Shown here: positions 1 to 11,301 of the stretch, one piece after another | Layout: every line of letters starts with the position of its first letter | How positions within the stretch are numbered: position 1 is the first letter of the stretch | Origin: Octopus bimaculoides | Lineage: Eukaryota | Reading direction: 5' to 3' | DNA length: 64,000 nucleotides | Assembly: GCF_001194135.2 (NCBI RefSeq) | Contig: NC_068990.1 | Coordinates: 4,569,834-4,633,833, forward strand | Position numbers and translations under genes: made by a program | Notes under the pieces: model-generated | What the model was told of the DNA's origin: nothing | The model's input: the letters and a program-made list of their open reading frames with translations, nothing else | Databases searched by the model: none

Positions 1-504
1 ATATATATATATATATATATTTTTTTAAAGTTTCAGCTTAGATATATAAAACATATTTATATATCTTATGCCTACACACGTTTTCTCTCTGTGTGTGTAC
101 GTATGGGGATCTATGTATATGTATGCATGTGTTTTGATGTTTTTGATGTATATTTTATACATACAGAAAACTCTTGAAGACCAAAGAGACCAGAAAACCA
201 GATAATATGAGTTATATAGATGAGTTTATATGGAGTCAATCACTATATTTTTATGTATAAATGTATGCATGCATATGTATATATACACGCATACATATAT
301 GTATATATCCATATATATACACACATCATCAATGTCATTTTGTGCTCATTTTTCATGCAGGCATGGGTTAGATGGTTTCAAGTTCAGTTTTGCTGAGTGG
401 CACCTTGGCCGGGAATCTTCTATTACAACCCTGGCAGACTAAAGAATCCTGAGTGGATTAAGTAGGTAGCAACTGAAAGAAGCCTGTTATATATATATGC
501 GCAT

Positions 505-548
505 GTTGTTGTTGTTGGCACTCCGTCGCTTACGACGTCGAGGGTTCC
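505..548 (-). mobile_element. 3' end fragment of the (CAA)n-tailed tRNA-type SINE (same family as 16558-16949)
   Basis: gttgttgttgttggcactccgtcgcttacgacgtcgagggttcc is almost identical to the tail end of the full copy at 16558. Confidence 0.85.
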
Positions 549-831
549 AACGATCATCCTACCATTTGAACCACTGATTCTGTCTGACCCATGCAAGCAC
601 GGAAAAAAGGATGTTAAACTGATGATGATGACACTCGTACAAACATTTATACATACATATACATACACAGATGTATATGTGTGTATACATAGGCTAAATG
701 ACAGATAAAAGATATGGAACAATTAGTAAAACATTTATAATGTATATACAAATGTAAGACAGTTTTAAATACGGCTATCCATATATTTCTGCATGAATGT
801 GCATATATATATATATCCATATATACATACA

Positions 832-894
<63 letters not shown>

Positions 895-984
895 GCATGT
901 ATGTACATATGAGTGTGTGTGTGTGTGTGTGTAGGCAGAATAAGTGGAAAGATACAGTTTGCAAGTAGCATGTCCATTCCATTC

Positions 985-1620
985 AAATGCTTGGAAGGCT
1001 TCTTAGAAGTAGCTGAAAGCTTCCATTAATATTGAGGACCTAATTACAAGTGGAGGCAAGCAGCCAGAACATAGTAACCAAAGTCAAAATTAGACATAAA
1101 ATTGTAGAGAGTTAATAAGTTTTGCTGGTAGCAAGGGGATTCTGTCTCAGCAAAACGTAGATTGTAAGATGCATGTGCATCAAGTGTAATGTTACATGAT
1201 AGAATACAAAAAACATGGGCATTGAATATTAAGGAGGTGAGAAAGAAATGAATTGGTCATGCTCCACCAAATCGAGAATGTTAATGTGAATGAATGACAA
1301 AGCACAAATGAACTGACAGGAAAAATAGCTGCACATCAGAGGAATAAGGTGTTGCATGCAAAAGAGGGAAGACTGCATGGGTATGGAAATGGGACATGTG
1401 ATGTGTATGATGGATGAGAATTTGGTAAAGAAGAGCCAAGCCTTCCAAATGGAAGGCTCAATAACGAAAGGAAGGAACTTGAAGAATATGATGTAAGAAG
1501 TAGTGAAAGTCAGTTTAAAGACACTGAAACTTACAAGTCTGAAAAAGAATTGTCTAAACCATGAGAGGCTGGGAGGTGAACACAAAAATGAGGATACAAC
1601 CCACCCCACATAAACAAATA
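985..1620 (+). mobile_element. RTE-clade LINE, decayed 3' part of ORF2
   Basis: Manual translation with stops and frameshifts gives ..RL*DACASSVMLHD..TWALNIKE.. and GHVMCMMDENLVKKSQAFQMEGSITKGR, matching the RTE pattern LYxACVRSxMLHGSETW..RLRWYGHVxRM..GRGRP. Confidence 0.85.
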
Positions 1621-1763
1621 TGTATGTCTGAGTATATATAAACACAAATGTAAATATAAGCATAGGTCCAAAAATACATGTTATATGTGTATGTGTGTAT
1701 ATATATTCTTTTATTCTAACATTTGTTTCAGTCATTTGATTGTGGCCATGAAAGAGCACCACC

Positions 1764-1801
<38 letters not shown>

Positions 1802-1894
1802 CTTATGTGTACATGTGTGTGTGAGATAAGTGAAGGAATAATCATTCAGTGTGTGTGGTTGTCTATAAGTTGAATTTGTGAGACATTGTGTTAA

Positions 1895-2627
1895 GGGGTA
1901 TGTAGAATGAAAATCGTTAGAGACAGATGTCTTGTTTTCAAGCTGGATGTCATGAAGTGGTGCTGTGAATCAGTTGACTAAATGGCAATTAGTTTAACCT
2001 GTGTACAAGCTGTTTTAAAGGGCACATTTTAAGCAGTAGATGATACCAATTATGGTCTAGGTGAAGGAATTAGATATAGTGAAGTGGATGGATACTGTGA
2101 GGGAGGTGGTGTAACAACATGGCTGGGAACAAGGAGAGGATCCAGGAGCAGTGGTAGGATAGGAGAGGAGAGAGTTGCAGACCAGCAAGCTGCATAATTT
2201 ACAGAAATGCTTGGCTATGGGAAGAAGCAGATTAGGGAAGATTGGGAGGGTGGTAGGATCTGACTGGGTGAGACAAAAGGCACATAGGGTCTTACATTAG
2301 AGGGGTAGCAAAGGAGAGGAGAGAAGATGCAGTTAGCTGTGGGATGAATGCAAAATATGGTTGATATAACAGGATCCTGTAGTTTGGGATGGGAGTAGGT
2401 ATCCATTTCAAATGGAGAGATGGACTATTTATTGTGACTAGGTCTCAGAATCTTGGTTGTACATACATAGAATATGGAGATGGGCTGTGGAGTAAGGGAT
2501 GACCCGTTTAAAATGAGAGGGATAGGAAGAGGAGGAAAAAAGCTGAAGATAAAAGTGGGAGTTGGTGGGTTTATAGATGGTCAAGGTCATTGATAGAAAT
2601 ATTGATGCTATGGAAATTGATGATGAT

Positions 2628-2628
<1 letters not shown>
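1895..2628 (-). mobile_element. Penelope-like element remnant (RT C-terminus plus GIY-YIG endonuclease)
   Basis: Minus translation: TIYKPTNSHFYLQL..SYPSHFKRVIPYS (cf. YRKPTD..YLHxSSxHP.HxKxxIPYSQ), then PGSSPCSQPCC..FTISNSFT*TIIGIIYCLKCAL*NSLYTG*T (cf. VIYCIxCxxC.LLYIGET). Multiple stops. Confidence 0.85.
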
Positions 2629-2659
<31 letters not shown>

Positions 2660-2662
<3 letters not shown>

Positions 2663-2815
2663 AATGCAAAAAAGAACGAAGAAAAAACACAAGAAAAAAA
2701 ACAACATGAGGACGTGGTACATGCAAAGTATTAGCAGACGCTCAAGGCAGGAAAAAAAGGTAGTTTTATGTTTCGAGCAAAGCTCTTCTTCAGAAACGGG
2801 ATACATCAACATTAT
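2660..2815 (-). mobile_element. Penelope-type terminal repeat (pLTR-like) carrying a hammerhead motif
   Basis: Lies directly 5' of the PLE remnant on the same strand, separated by (GT)n. Contains the HHR core listed next, followed by a T-rich tail. Confidence 0.6.
2763..2797 (-). ncRNA. Minimal type-I hammerhead ribozyme motif, probably decayed
   Basis: Minus strand reads GUUU-CUGAAGA-A-GAGC UUU GCUC-GAAA-C AU A-AAAC. Core boxes are intact, stem II is 4 bp and stem I is GUUU/AAAC. Stem III is ACAU rather than palindromic ACGU. Confidence 0.6.
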
Positions 2816-3349
2816 TTTGTGTCCACCTTCCATGGGGCAATGGGTTGGGTGGTTTGACTGCCTGACAAGTTGGGGGTTGGCTTGAAGCTACAATGTTTCA
2901 TTTTTGGTATGGTATGGTCTGGTTAGATTCCCTTCTTAATGCCAGCTACTTTACAGAGTGTGGCTGATAATATAAACAGAGACATTTTTGGTGAGTTAAG
3001 GCAGAGCTGACCAAGGCTGTCTAAAGATAACTAATTGGGTCAAAATCATTATCAAATGTATTAGAAAGAGAAAGTTTCAATTTTAATATTTTTTTTTTTT
3101 ATCCATGAAACTAATTGAAGTAACACTTTGGTTGGTCAGTCAGATAATTTCTTATAAATATTCATGGCTGTGAAACTATCTTTTAGGTCTAGTAAATTGT
3201 TAGGAATATACCATTTTTATTTTACTTTAAAAATAAAAGATAAGAATAATTCTCCAGGTTTAATTATCAAGGAAATAAAATCAGTTTGAATAACCACTTC
3301 CCTTGGAGCTTATGTTAATTTTAATAATGATAAGGAAGTGATGTATTAT

Positions 3350-3385
<36 letters not shown>

Positions 3386-4039
3386 AGTGCATCTTAGTAT
3401 ATTGTAATCTATAAGAAATTTCTTAGAAACAGTCATGTCCTAACCCTGTTTTACACAAATGTGCTTATCATATCATAGTATAATTAAGCATGACTTATCA
3501 AATTGTAAAGCCATAAACTCTTAACAAAATTTTAGATTACACCAGTAATCTAACATAATATATCTTATGATTTCAGTGTCTTCTTGAGATTTCTAATGCA
3601 GTATAAGTTTCTTCAGCTTAAAGGAAATTGTCTATAGTTTTCTAAAAACAGGCTGATAATCATTCCCTCTGAATAACCCTTGAGTTATTATTCTGGTACC
3701 CTTCTGTATATGATAATATTTATGTGAAAATATGCACCTTCATACTATATTTATCAGATCAAATCTATATGAAACAAAATATTTTCTTAGCATATTAAGA
3801 CTACTCTAGGAAAATGGTTGACTGACAAGTAACTTTCAGATAACAGAATGTTGCCAAGAAATATAAACTGCTCTTTGGAGAGAAGGATAGTTTATCACAT
3901 GTAACTTTTCCAGGCAAAATCATGAATTTGTTCCATATAATGAAGTGAGCTGAAGCAGCCCAGAAACTATATATAAAAAAATTCCTATCTCCATATATTT
4001 GAACTCATCACCAATGTGTCAGCATCAGTACTTCATACA

Positions 4040-4485
4040 TTTGGTTTAGATTATATAAATGGAAGAGTCAAAAATGGTACTGCCATGCAGTTGCTTGAAC
4101 TGCTGGGAGTAGCAGTCAAATTTCTACAAATGATATGCTACCATCTTATGCAAAAAAAGGCCACTCAAAAACAATATTGACCTACATATTTCCAAAAACT
4201 CAGGATGGCCATGGCTGGAATGCCTTTGATCATATCTACTTAATGAAGGTTGATCTTGACTAAATAACAACATAAATAAACTCAAGCTAAATCAAGGACT
4301 TTGATGTTGTCTTTTGATCTGCTAGAGACTGCACCCAAATCTCCTTCAAATCACAACTACCATCAATCTGAACATGATGACACATTTGATCATATCCTAC
4401 ATACCCTTGAAAATATGGAATTATCATGGCTGAAATAACTTAAATCTGAGGTTTGCTTTTTCAGGATTAACTATGGGTTAAATAA
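4040..4485 (-). mobile_element. Two tandem decayed copies of a dispersed ~250-bp SINE-like repeat
   Basis: Motifs matching aggtcagccctgat..aaaggcattccagccatg..atttggctgctatttctagc recur near 19900-20190, 28000-28170, 28990-29200, 33650-33900, 43990-44210, 53060-53270 and 54860-55080. Confidence 0.6.
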
Positions 4486-4567
4486 CAACAAGCTGATAGT
4501 ATGTTTCTATTTTATTATAATACTTTTGTATATTCTGCAATGTTCCGTTCTGTCAAGATATTTTTAC

Positions 4568-4628
4568 CTTTTCTTTTCTTCTATAGACTGTGTCTATTTC
4601 AACTCTTCCATACAGCAACTTACACAGC
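4568..4628 (-). CDS. Candidate exon (61 nt), LCKLLYGRVEIDTVYRRKEK; product unknown
   Basis: Acceptor gttaaattttattcag|, donor AAG|gtaaaa. Open only when entered in phase 2, which matches one frame of the 7041-6964 exon (GT+G = Val). Confidence 0.4.
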
Positions 4629-4729
4629 CTGAATAAAATTTAACACATATTTATCAATGGCAAGATGACTTTCAATATTAGGAACTTTTTCAAATTAATT
4701 GTATTTTAACTTTTTATATATAAAAATCC

Positions 4730-4945
4730 AGTGGTTTGGCAGAATCATTAGCACTTCAGGTAAAATACTTAGCAGTATTTATTACAGTTCTTTACATTCT
4801 GAAGTAAAATTCTGCCATGGTCAACTTTGCCTTCCATCTTTTCGGGGTCCATGAATTAAGTACCAGTTGAGCACTGGGGTTAATGTAATTGACTTATATC
4901 ATCCCCTAAAATTGTCGGTGCTGTTCCAAAATTTTAAACAATATT
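4730..4945 (+). mobile_element. tRNA-type SINE (~230 bp, (ATT)n-tailed family), diverged
   Basis: Head tggcagaatcattagc, B-box-like segment and central ctttgccttccatcttttcggggtc..aagtaccag are shared with many copies in the window. Confidence 0.8.
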
Positions 4946-5699
4946 TATATATTTTTATCCTTTAATTTGATTAAGAGGTACACAATATCTGAACCTTTTG
5001 TAAGGCCTAACTAGTAGAGTCAATATTGTTCTACTTGAGTGAATAAGCAGGTAAGAAAAATAAGCGGGTAAGAAATTTGGAAATGCACTTTTAGTAATGT
5101 TCTATGTAAGAAAGCTTTTAGCATGAGATCTAAGAGTAAATTAAGATGATAATGAGGAACTAAGAAAAGACAATTGTATCAGATGGGTTTTATCATGAGT
5201 GATACATATTTTGCTATTGCAGAGATGCAGAAAATGTTATAGACTCAGTAATGAGATAGTAAGACAAAAAAATTACAAATCCATTAATGGAATAGTGTTT
5301 GTACAGGGATATGAAAAATTGTAAACGTTGATTTTTTTTATTTTGTTTCATATTTATTCTCTTCTATCACTGTGATCCTGGTTTTCTTATATGTGTAAAC
5401 TTTATAATTCAGAGATTAAATTCCTACTGAAATGCTTCTGTCAACTTGAATAGCACTTTAGTGACTTGAATAAAACTCTAAGTATTATGTTTGAAATGAT
5501 TGATAATCTGGCAAATATTATATGGATAAAATAGTAATAGCATGAGAGCTAGTCATACTGTAACACTCATCTTAGTATAACTTATAATGCTTTGCCAACT
5601 GGAAGAAATGTTTAACAAGTATTTCATGTAATACATATTAAAAAAAGCTTATACAGAAAAGACTGCGCAACACCAGAACAAACTATGCAACAACATTAC

Positions 5700-5744
5700 C
5701 TGCATTGTAAGATGATTCAACATACTTAATATAACATTACTGGG
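5700..5744 (-). CDS. Alternative candidate exon (45 nt), PSNVILSMLNHLTMQ
   Basis: Acceptor tatacttatacaccttag|, donor CAG|gtaatg. Open only in phase 0, compatible with the phase-0 reading of 7041-6964. Confidence 0.3.
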
Positions 5745-6224
5745 CTAAGGTGTATAAGTATAATGCTATTGATCTAAAGTTCATGTGTTCATCTCATATC
5801 ATTGCCATCACAAAGTGCTATAAAATAAAATACATTATTTGCTTCAATTTTATCTATTTGAAAAATCAGTATTTTATCAAGTGGTCATCTATTTAATACT
5901 TGAATACTCATGGACACTGCCATCAAAGAATCAGATAACAATTGACAAAAATTTACAGCAATCTCATATAAAAAATCACTCCATTACTTAACATCGTGAA
6001 ATATTAGATATCACATGCATTTATAGTAAAAATAATTAAATGGTTACAAAATATTGTCCCAATTATAATTATAGACAGTAAAACTGTAAGATGTTAACAA
6101 ATAAAAATTTCAAAAATTACTCTTTTTACTGAAAACATAGTATTGATTCTGCATAAACTACTTGGTGGGGTGAAGCAATAATTGGAAATAAAGCATTACG
6201 AAACATTATTTGACTCTACTGTAT

Positions 6225-6790
6225 TCTCTCAAGAGTGAATACCATGGACTGCTACATCAGTGCTTCTTCTGCATCTTAAGAATATCCAGTTCTTGATATT
6301 ATTCTTCCACATAATTCTTGATTTTTCTCTTCCTCTTCTTCCATTCATTTTGCTTTTTACTAACAGTTTTTCTAAACCATTTTCTCTAAGTAAATATCCA
6401 AAACCATTTTAGTTTTCTTTGTTTGATGATGTCTAATAATTTCCTTAGTTTTACCATTCTCAATATTTCATCATTGGTATTGTTTTATCCATGATGTTCT
6501 GAAAAGTCTTCTATATGCTCACATATCAAAAGCTTGTAATCTATTTGAAAATGCTTTTGTTAATGTCCGTGTGGTGTTCCATAAAATAGGGAGGACTTTA
6601 CATGACACTTCAGTAACATTTTCCTAGTGTTGATATTAATGATTCTGGTTACAGTGTTTGACCTTTTTTTTCAGATGGCTTTCAAGCTCACTCAATCCTT
6701 TTTATTTTGCCTTTATATTTCCCATTTTTTCTGACTGCATATATTTCAGGTATGTTATCTTTGGAATCTGTTCAATTGGTTTTCCCCCTT
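6225..6790 (-). mobile_element. RTE (BovB-like) LINE 3' fragment
   Basis: Minus translation: AFDM*AYRRLFRTSW..TNDEILRMVKLRKLLDIIKQRKLKWF..ENGLEKLLVKSKMNGRRGREKSRIMWKNNIKNW. Confidence 0.85.
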
Positions 6791-6963
6791 TATAGTAAAA
6801 TTAATTCATTCTTAATTTCTTAAATATATTAATTAAAAGGAAAAAAAAGAAAAATAACACAGAAAACAATTAGAAATATTTTGATGATTTACAATAGTGA
6901 AAATAAGCTTAAATGTTGAGGACAAGTTTTAAAATGAATAAAACCAAATAATTTGATGCTTAC

Positions 6964-7041
6964 ACTGACACCAGTTGATACAGCAGAATCTGATGAAGTT
7001 CCCAACTGAAGGCTGGCATAGCTGGAAACTTTGTTGAAAAC
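6964..7041 (-). CDS. Candidate internal exon (78 nt) of an unidentified gene
   Basis: Strong acceptor tttattttctttttcattacag|, donor AGT|gtaagc, more GC-rich than its flanks. Open in all three frames, e.g. VFNKVSSYASLQLGTSSDSAVSTGVS (phase 0) or FSTKFPAMPAFSWELHQILLYQLVS (phase 2). Confidence 0.6.
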
Positions 7042-9973
7042 CTGTAATGAAAAAGAAAATAAATTAGATTCAAATTACAGAAACTCTAGTTGAATTTTTA
7101 AATAAATTAATATGAGTAGAGACAATGAGATGGTCCACAAGACTGAACTTCTGAAGAAGAAAGAAATAGATTAGCTGTATCATTATATGTCAGAATAAAG
7201 TATATAGTAAAAGAAACCAGTGAGTATTAGGATCTGGAACACAGTTGTTTTATAACTGAATTTATTGAAGTATATTATCATTGAAAATAATATTAATATT
7301 AAATAGAGAAAGAAATTGAATTTGTAAAGTGAAAATATTTGAAACTTGTTCAACACACCCAAACTAATAAAAAAGACAAAAAAATTTTGAATTTTTACTT
7401 TGGAGAATTTCATATATAATGAGAGATCAAGTTAAAATTGGATTTCATTTATACCTGTGTAAATATTTTTTTTACATAATGAAATTATGTAACATCAAAG
7501 GTGGGACAAAATATTAACAAAACAATAAGTTAATAAAAGAGTTGGTAAATAAAACATACATATGAATAAATAGATTAATTATAAGTTATAAATATATTTA
7601 ATAATAGGTGAATAATAAAATGAAAGGTTAATTACTTTTCATCTTTGTGTTGATTAAATAATGAAACTATTAAAAAATTTAAATAAAGCTGTTCAAGTCA
7701 TTTTGTTCCATAAAAGACCACTTAACAAAATGTAGTAGAATTGTTAGAGCATCAGATAAAATGCTGGCAATATTTAATCAAAGCCTTTTATATTCTGAGT
7801 TCAAATCCTACTGAGGTCAACTTTTACTTTTCATTCTTCTGGGGTCTATAAAATAGTAGTCAGGTACTGGGTCAAGTAAATATTGCTATAAAGCATCCGA
7901 GATGTGAATGGGATTATAACAAAAACTAGATCATAATGCCAGTCTGTGTAAAAGTCAGTAGATTGGGTTCTTAGTCAAAGGTCACATCACTTCTTGATTT
8001 ATGTCTAACCAATTATAAAGTAGACAGTAGCTCATTCGGTTTTGGTGTATTTATTTAATTTACATTAAACAGGAAAATTTAATCTATTCTGGAAGCTAAT
8101 TTCTCCTTTGTCATAATTTTCCCTCTTGAAAATAAATATAAGGAAATAAAACAAAATACATCATTATGAATTTGATGATACATCTATTAAAGTTAATTTC
8201 CTTATGTAAGCATGTAAGTTTACAATTAAAATTTATGAAAAAGTAACTATAAAACTATTGGATTCATATATTGGATGAAGACATTTAAATTGGCTTTAGA
8301 CAGTAGATTAAAAAAAAAATGTTTGTCCATAAGATAAATGAAATTCTATACATTTTTGGCATTTTAATATGAATACTAATTCCTTACAAATTGGATGAGG
8401 GTGAGTAAATTATAATGACCATCCCAGGACTAACTTAATTTGTTAATCCTAGGAGAATGAAAGGCAAGGTATTCAGGGCTTGTAATTAAAAACAATAAGG
8501 AATCTTGTCCAATGCTGTTCTTCCAATTCACTGTCTTTAAATCCTATTTACAATGCTTTAATATTGCAAAGTCATCTTCTTATAAGAAGAAAGAAATGAA
8601 ATTTAAAATGCAATGCAAGAACTGAGCTAGACAATATGATGAAGTAAAAAACAAAAACCATTTGTCTCAAAAAATTTGTCGAGTCATAAAAAAAAAAAAA
8701 GACTTTTTACAATAGCAACCTCTGATTTTTAAATTTAATCCATTGCATAGTTTAACCCAACAATTACTCCTTCAGAGGCTTTAGTAGAGTCAGCTGCAAG
8801 CATTTAGGCTATTTTTCTTTCTTCCCTTTCACCCACATAGGTAATGTCACCCACCTCCAACTAAATCATAGAACATTTGAAAAAGAAAAAAAAAAAAAGA
8901 AGAAATCTAGAAAAGCAAATGAGCTCTTAAGTAAATTAAAAATATCCCTTATTTTTTTTTCATCAGAAAACCTACATTTGAAATCCTAAACATAAAAACC
9001 AAAGCCCAATCAAAACTATCAATCCTCTCAGTTTGTATAAACTTGTTGCTGTCAAGCGTTTTAAGTAGGTAATAAATTTCATAATAAATTGTATCACACT
9101 TGATAAATCACTGGAAACAATTCATGGTTGTCTGAGATAGTTTTCAAACACTTTAGTTTTAAGATGTCTTTCGATTATAATAATGCTAAATATCTAGGTC
9201 CAAGGATACTAAGAATAAAACTTGAGAAAGTTTATATAGCCAATCATACATATGTACACATATATACACATGCCCACACTCATATACTTATGGGTGTATG
9301 CTTGTATTAGTTTATATGATAATGTTTATGATAATGTATAATAACATATGAGTGTGTGTATGTTTAGCTGGTTACTATATAAAATATATATATATGTATA
9401 GAATGTATCATAGAGTTTAGGAGAGAAGGAGAGTGCAGCTATAGTCATATACAATATAGAATATTAATTATATTACTCCACTTCAAAATTTTAGAGTTTG
9501 TAAGAACCCTTCTAAAACTTAAACCATATGTTGAATATACAAAATAAGTAACAAAAACAACTTGACAGAAAACAAAGTGATTATTAAATTAAGATGAATA
9601 TTACATTTAAAGTATCTTCTTTTTGAGAATACTTTCTATATATAAATATACACATATACATTTACATGCATAAATTTAATATGTATGTGTGTATGTGAAA
9701 TGATAAAATAAGTAACAAATATGTACAAACATAATGAATTTTAAAAATGTAAAACATTTTACAAAGAAAATCAATATATGAATATAGTGGAGTTAATATA
9801 TATAAATATATAAAATGAAATATATTAGAGAAATAACTATATAAAATGCAATGTATAAATGCATATCAAATTTTCGGCAAATAAGAAAACATTAAAAAAA
9901 AAAAATCTATACATTATCGGCAAGGTAAGTATATCAGAAGGAAATGATACAGAGTGTAGAGTAACTTTCTTAC

Positions 9974-10118
9974 ATTATAATTGATGCGACTCGTCTCTGG
10001 AGAAGCAAGCATGGAGTGACAAACTGGTGGTTTTGGGTTTAAATAAAAACAGATGTATGTGCAAGTAGAAAGAAAATGTGAAAAATTATATATATGAGTA
10101 TTAAAACAGGTTGGAACT
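9974..10118 (-). other. Candidate first exon (5' UTR plus ATG at 10012, MLASPETSRINYN)
   Basis: Donor AAT|gtaaga after 9974, a single ATG at 10012, CpGs retained. The 5' boundary is inferred only from an Inr-like TTAGTT at 10120-10115. Confidence 0.4.
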
Positions 10119-10260
10119 AAAAAGAGAAGTTGCTTCTCAGTCCTAGTGGGCTTGTCACTTGGAGTGTTGGTATTTGTAAGATCCAATCAACAGGAACGGT
10201 GGGAGGTGCTTCCTTTTGAAAACTAACTAAATAACATTTCACTCATCTTCATGCACGTGT
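10113..10260 (-). promoter_or_regulatory. Putative core promoter: Inr-like TTAGTT, CCAAT box about 67 bp upstream, E-box CACGTG
   Basis: CCAAT at 10183-10187 and CACGTG at 10254-10259. CpGs are locally retained between 9986 and 10722, and a long GA tract is adjacent. These short motifs also occur by chance. Confidence 0.35.
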
Positions 10261-10296
10261 GTTAGAGAAAGAAAAAAGGAAGAGATAAGGAGCAGA

Positions 10297-10297
<1 letters not shown>

Positions 10298-10360
<63 letters not shown>

Positions 10361-10433
10361 AGGGAAGATAAAAGAGAGAGAACAGAATCAGAGAGAAAGA
10401 GGATAAGAATTGAAGAAAGAGAAAAAGAATGCA

Positions 10434-10484
<51 letters not shown>

Positions 10485-10545
10485 AAAGCAATAAAGACTG
10501 AGAGGGAGAGAGAGAGAAAATGAAAGAGGAATGAGAGAAGAAGAC
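10298..10545. repeat. (GA)n-rich polypurine tract
   Basis: Seen directly. Confidence 0.95.
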
Positions 10546-11252
10546 TAAGCGAGAGCTACCTGGAATACGCAACTACACGCTTCCTTACTACTTTCAGTTG
10601 CTGGCTGATTAAGAGGAAGGAAATTACAAGACTTCTGTGATGCCGTTCTTATTGTTAATGTTGTTCTAATCGTGGTGTTTTGATTTGTTTGGATTTTATG
10701 CTATACTTTGTTAATGGCATCGTGAAATAGTCTAAATGACTGGATTTAGTAGTTTAATAACTGTTTATTCTATTTATGATTATATCTTTGTAGAATGCTA
10801 AACACTGCCATCTCTGCCTCTTCAAAAAACAACAAAAATGAGGAAAATAGGATATGAAAGAATTGTAAATTGAAAACAATTTTTTTTTATATATCATGGA
10901 CTTATAAAAGAATATGCACATTTATACATAAGATACATAAATTCACACGCATTGGTTTTATACATTGATAATCAACTGCTGCATGAACTTCTATTAACAC
11001 TCACACATTCACACGCATTTCACACACAAATATAATGCATATAAACAAATATCAATCATGGTAAAAATATATAAACAATGAAAAATAAAACCTGGTAAAT
11101 TTATATTACTTATGTACGTATGCATGTGTGTATGTATGTCTGCATGTATGCATGTGAAAATGTAGATATATTTATTCATATATGTGCATAAATATGCATA
11201 CATATGCACTCACACACATACATGCATACACATATATGTGTGTGTGTGTGTG

Positions 11253-11301
<49 letters not shown>

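Noticed and set aside
3620-3970. Possible next minus-strand exons (FLGCFSSLHYMEQ.., KGTRIITQGLF..)
   Set aside because: Weak acceptors, no good donor, and in-frame stops follow.
6985-7035. CTGATGA-agtt ccc aact-GAAG hammerhead-like motif on the + strand
   Set aside because: GAAG instead of GAAA, the cleavage triplet would be CUG, there is no stem I, and it overlaps the candidate exon.
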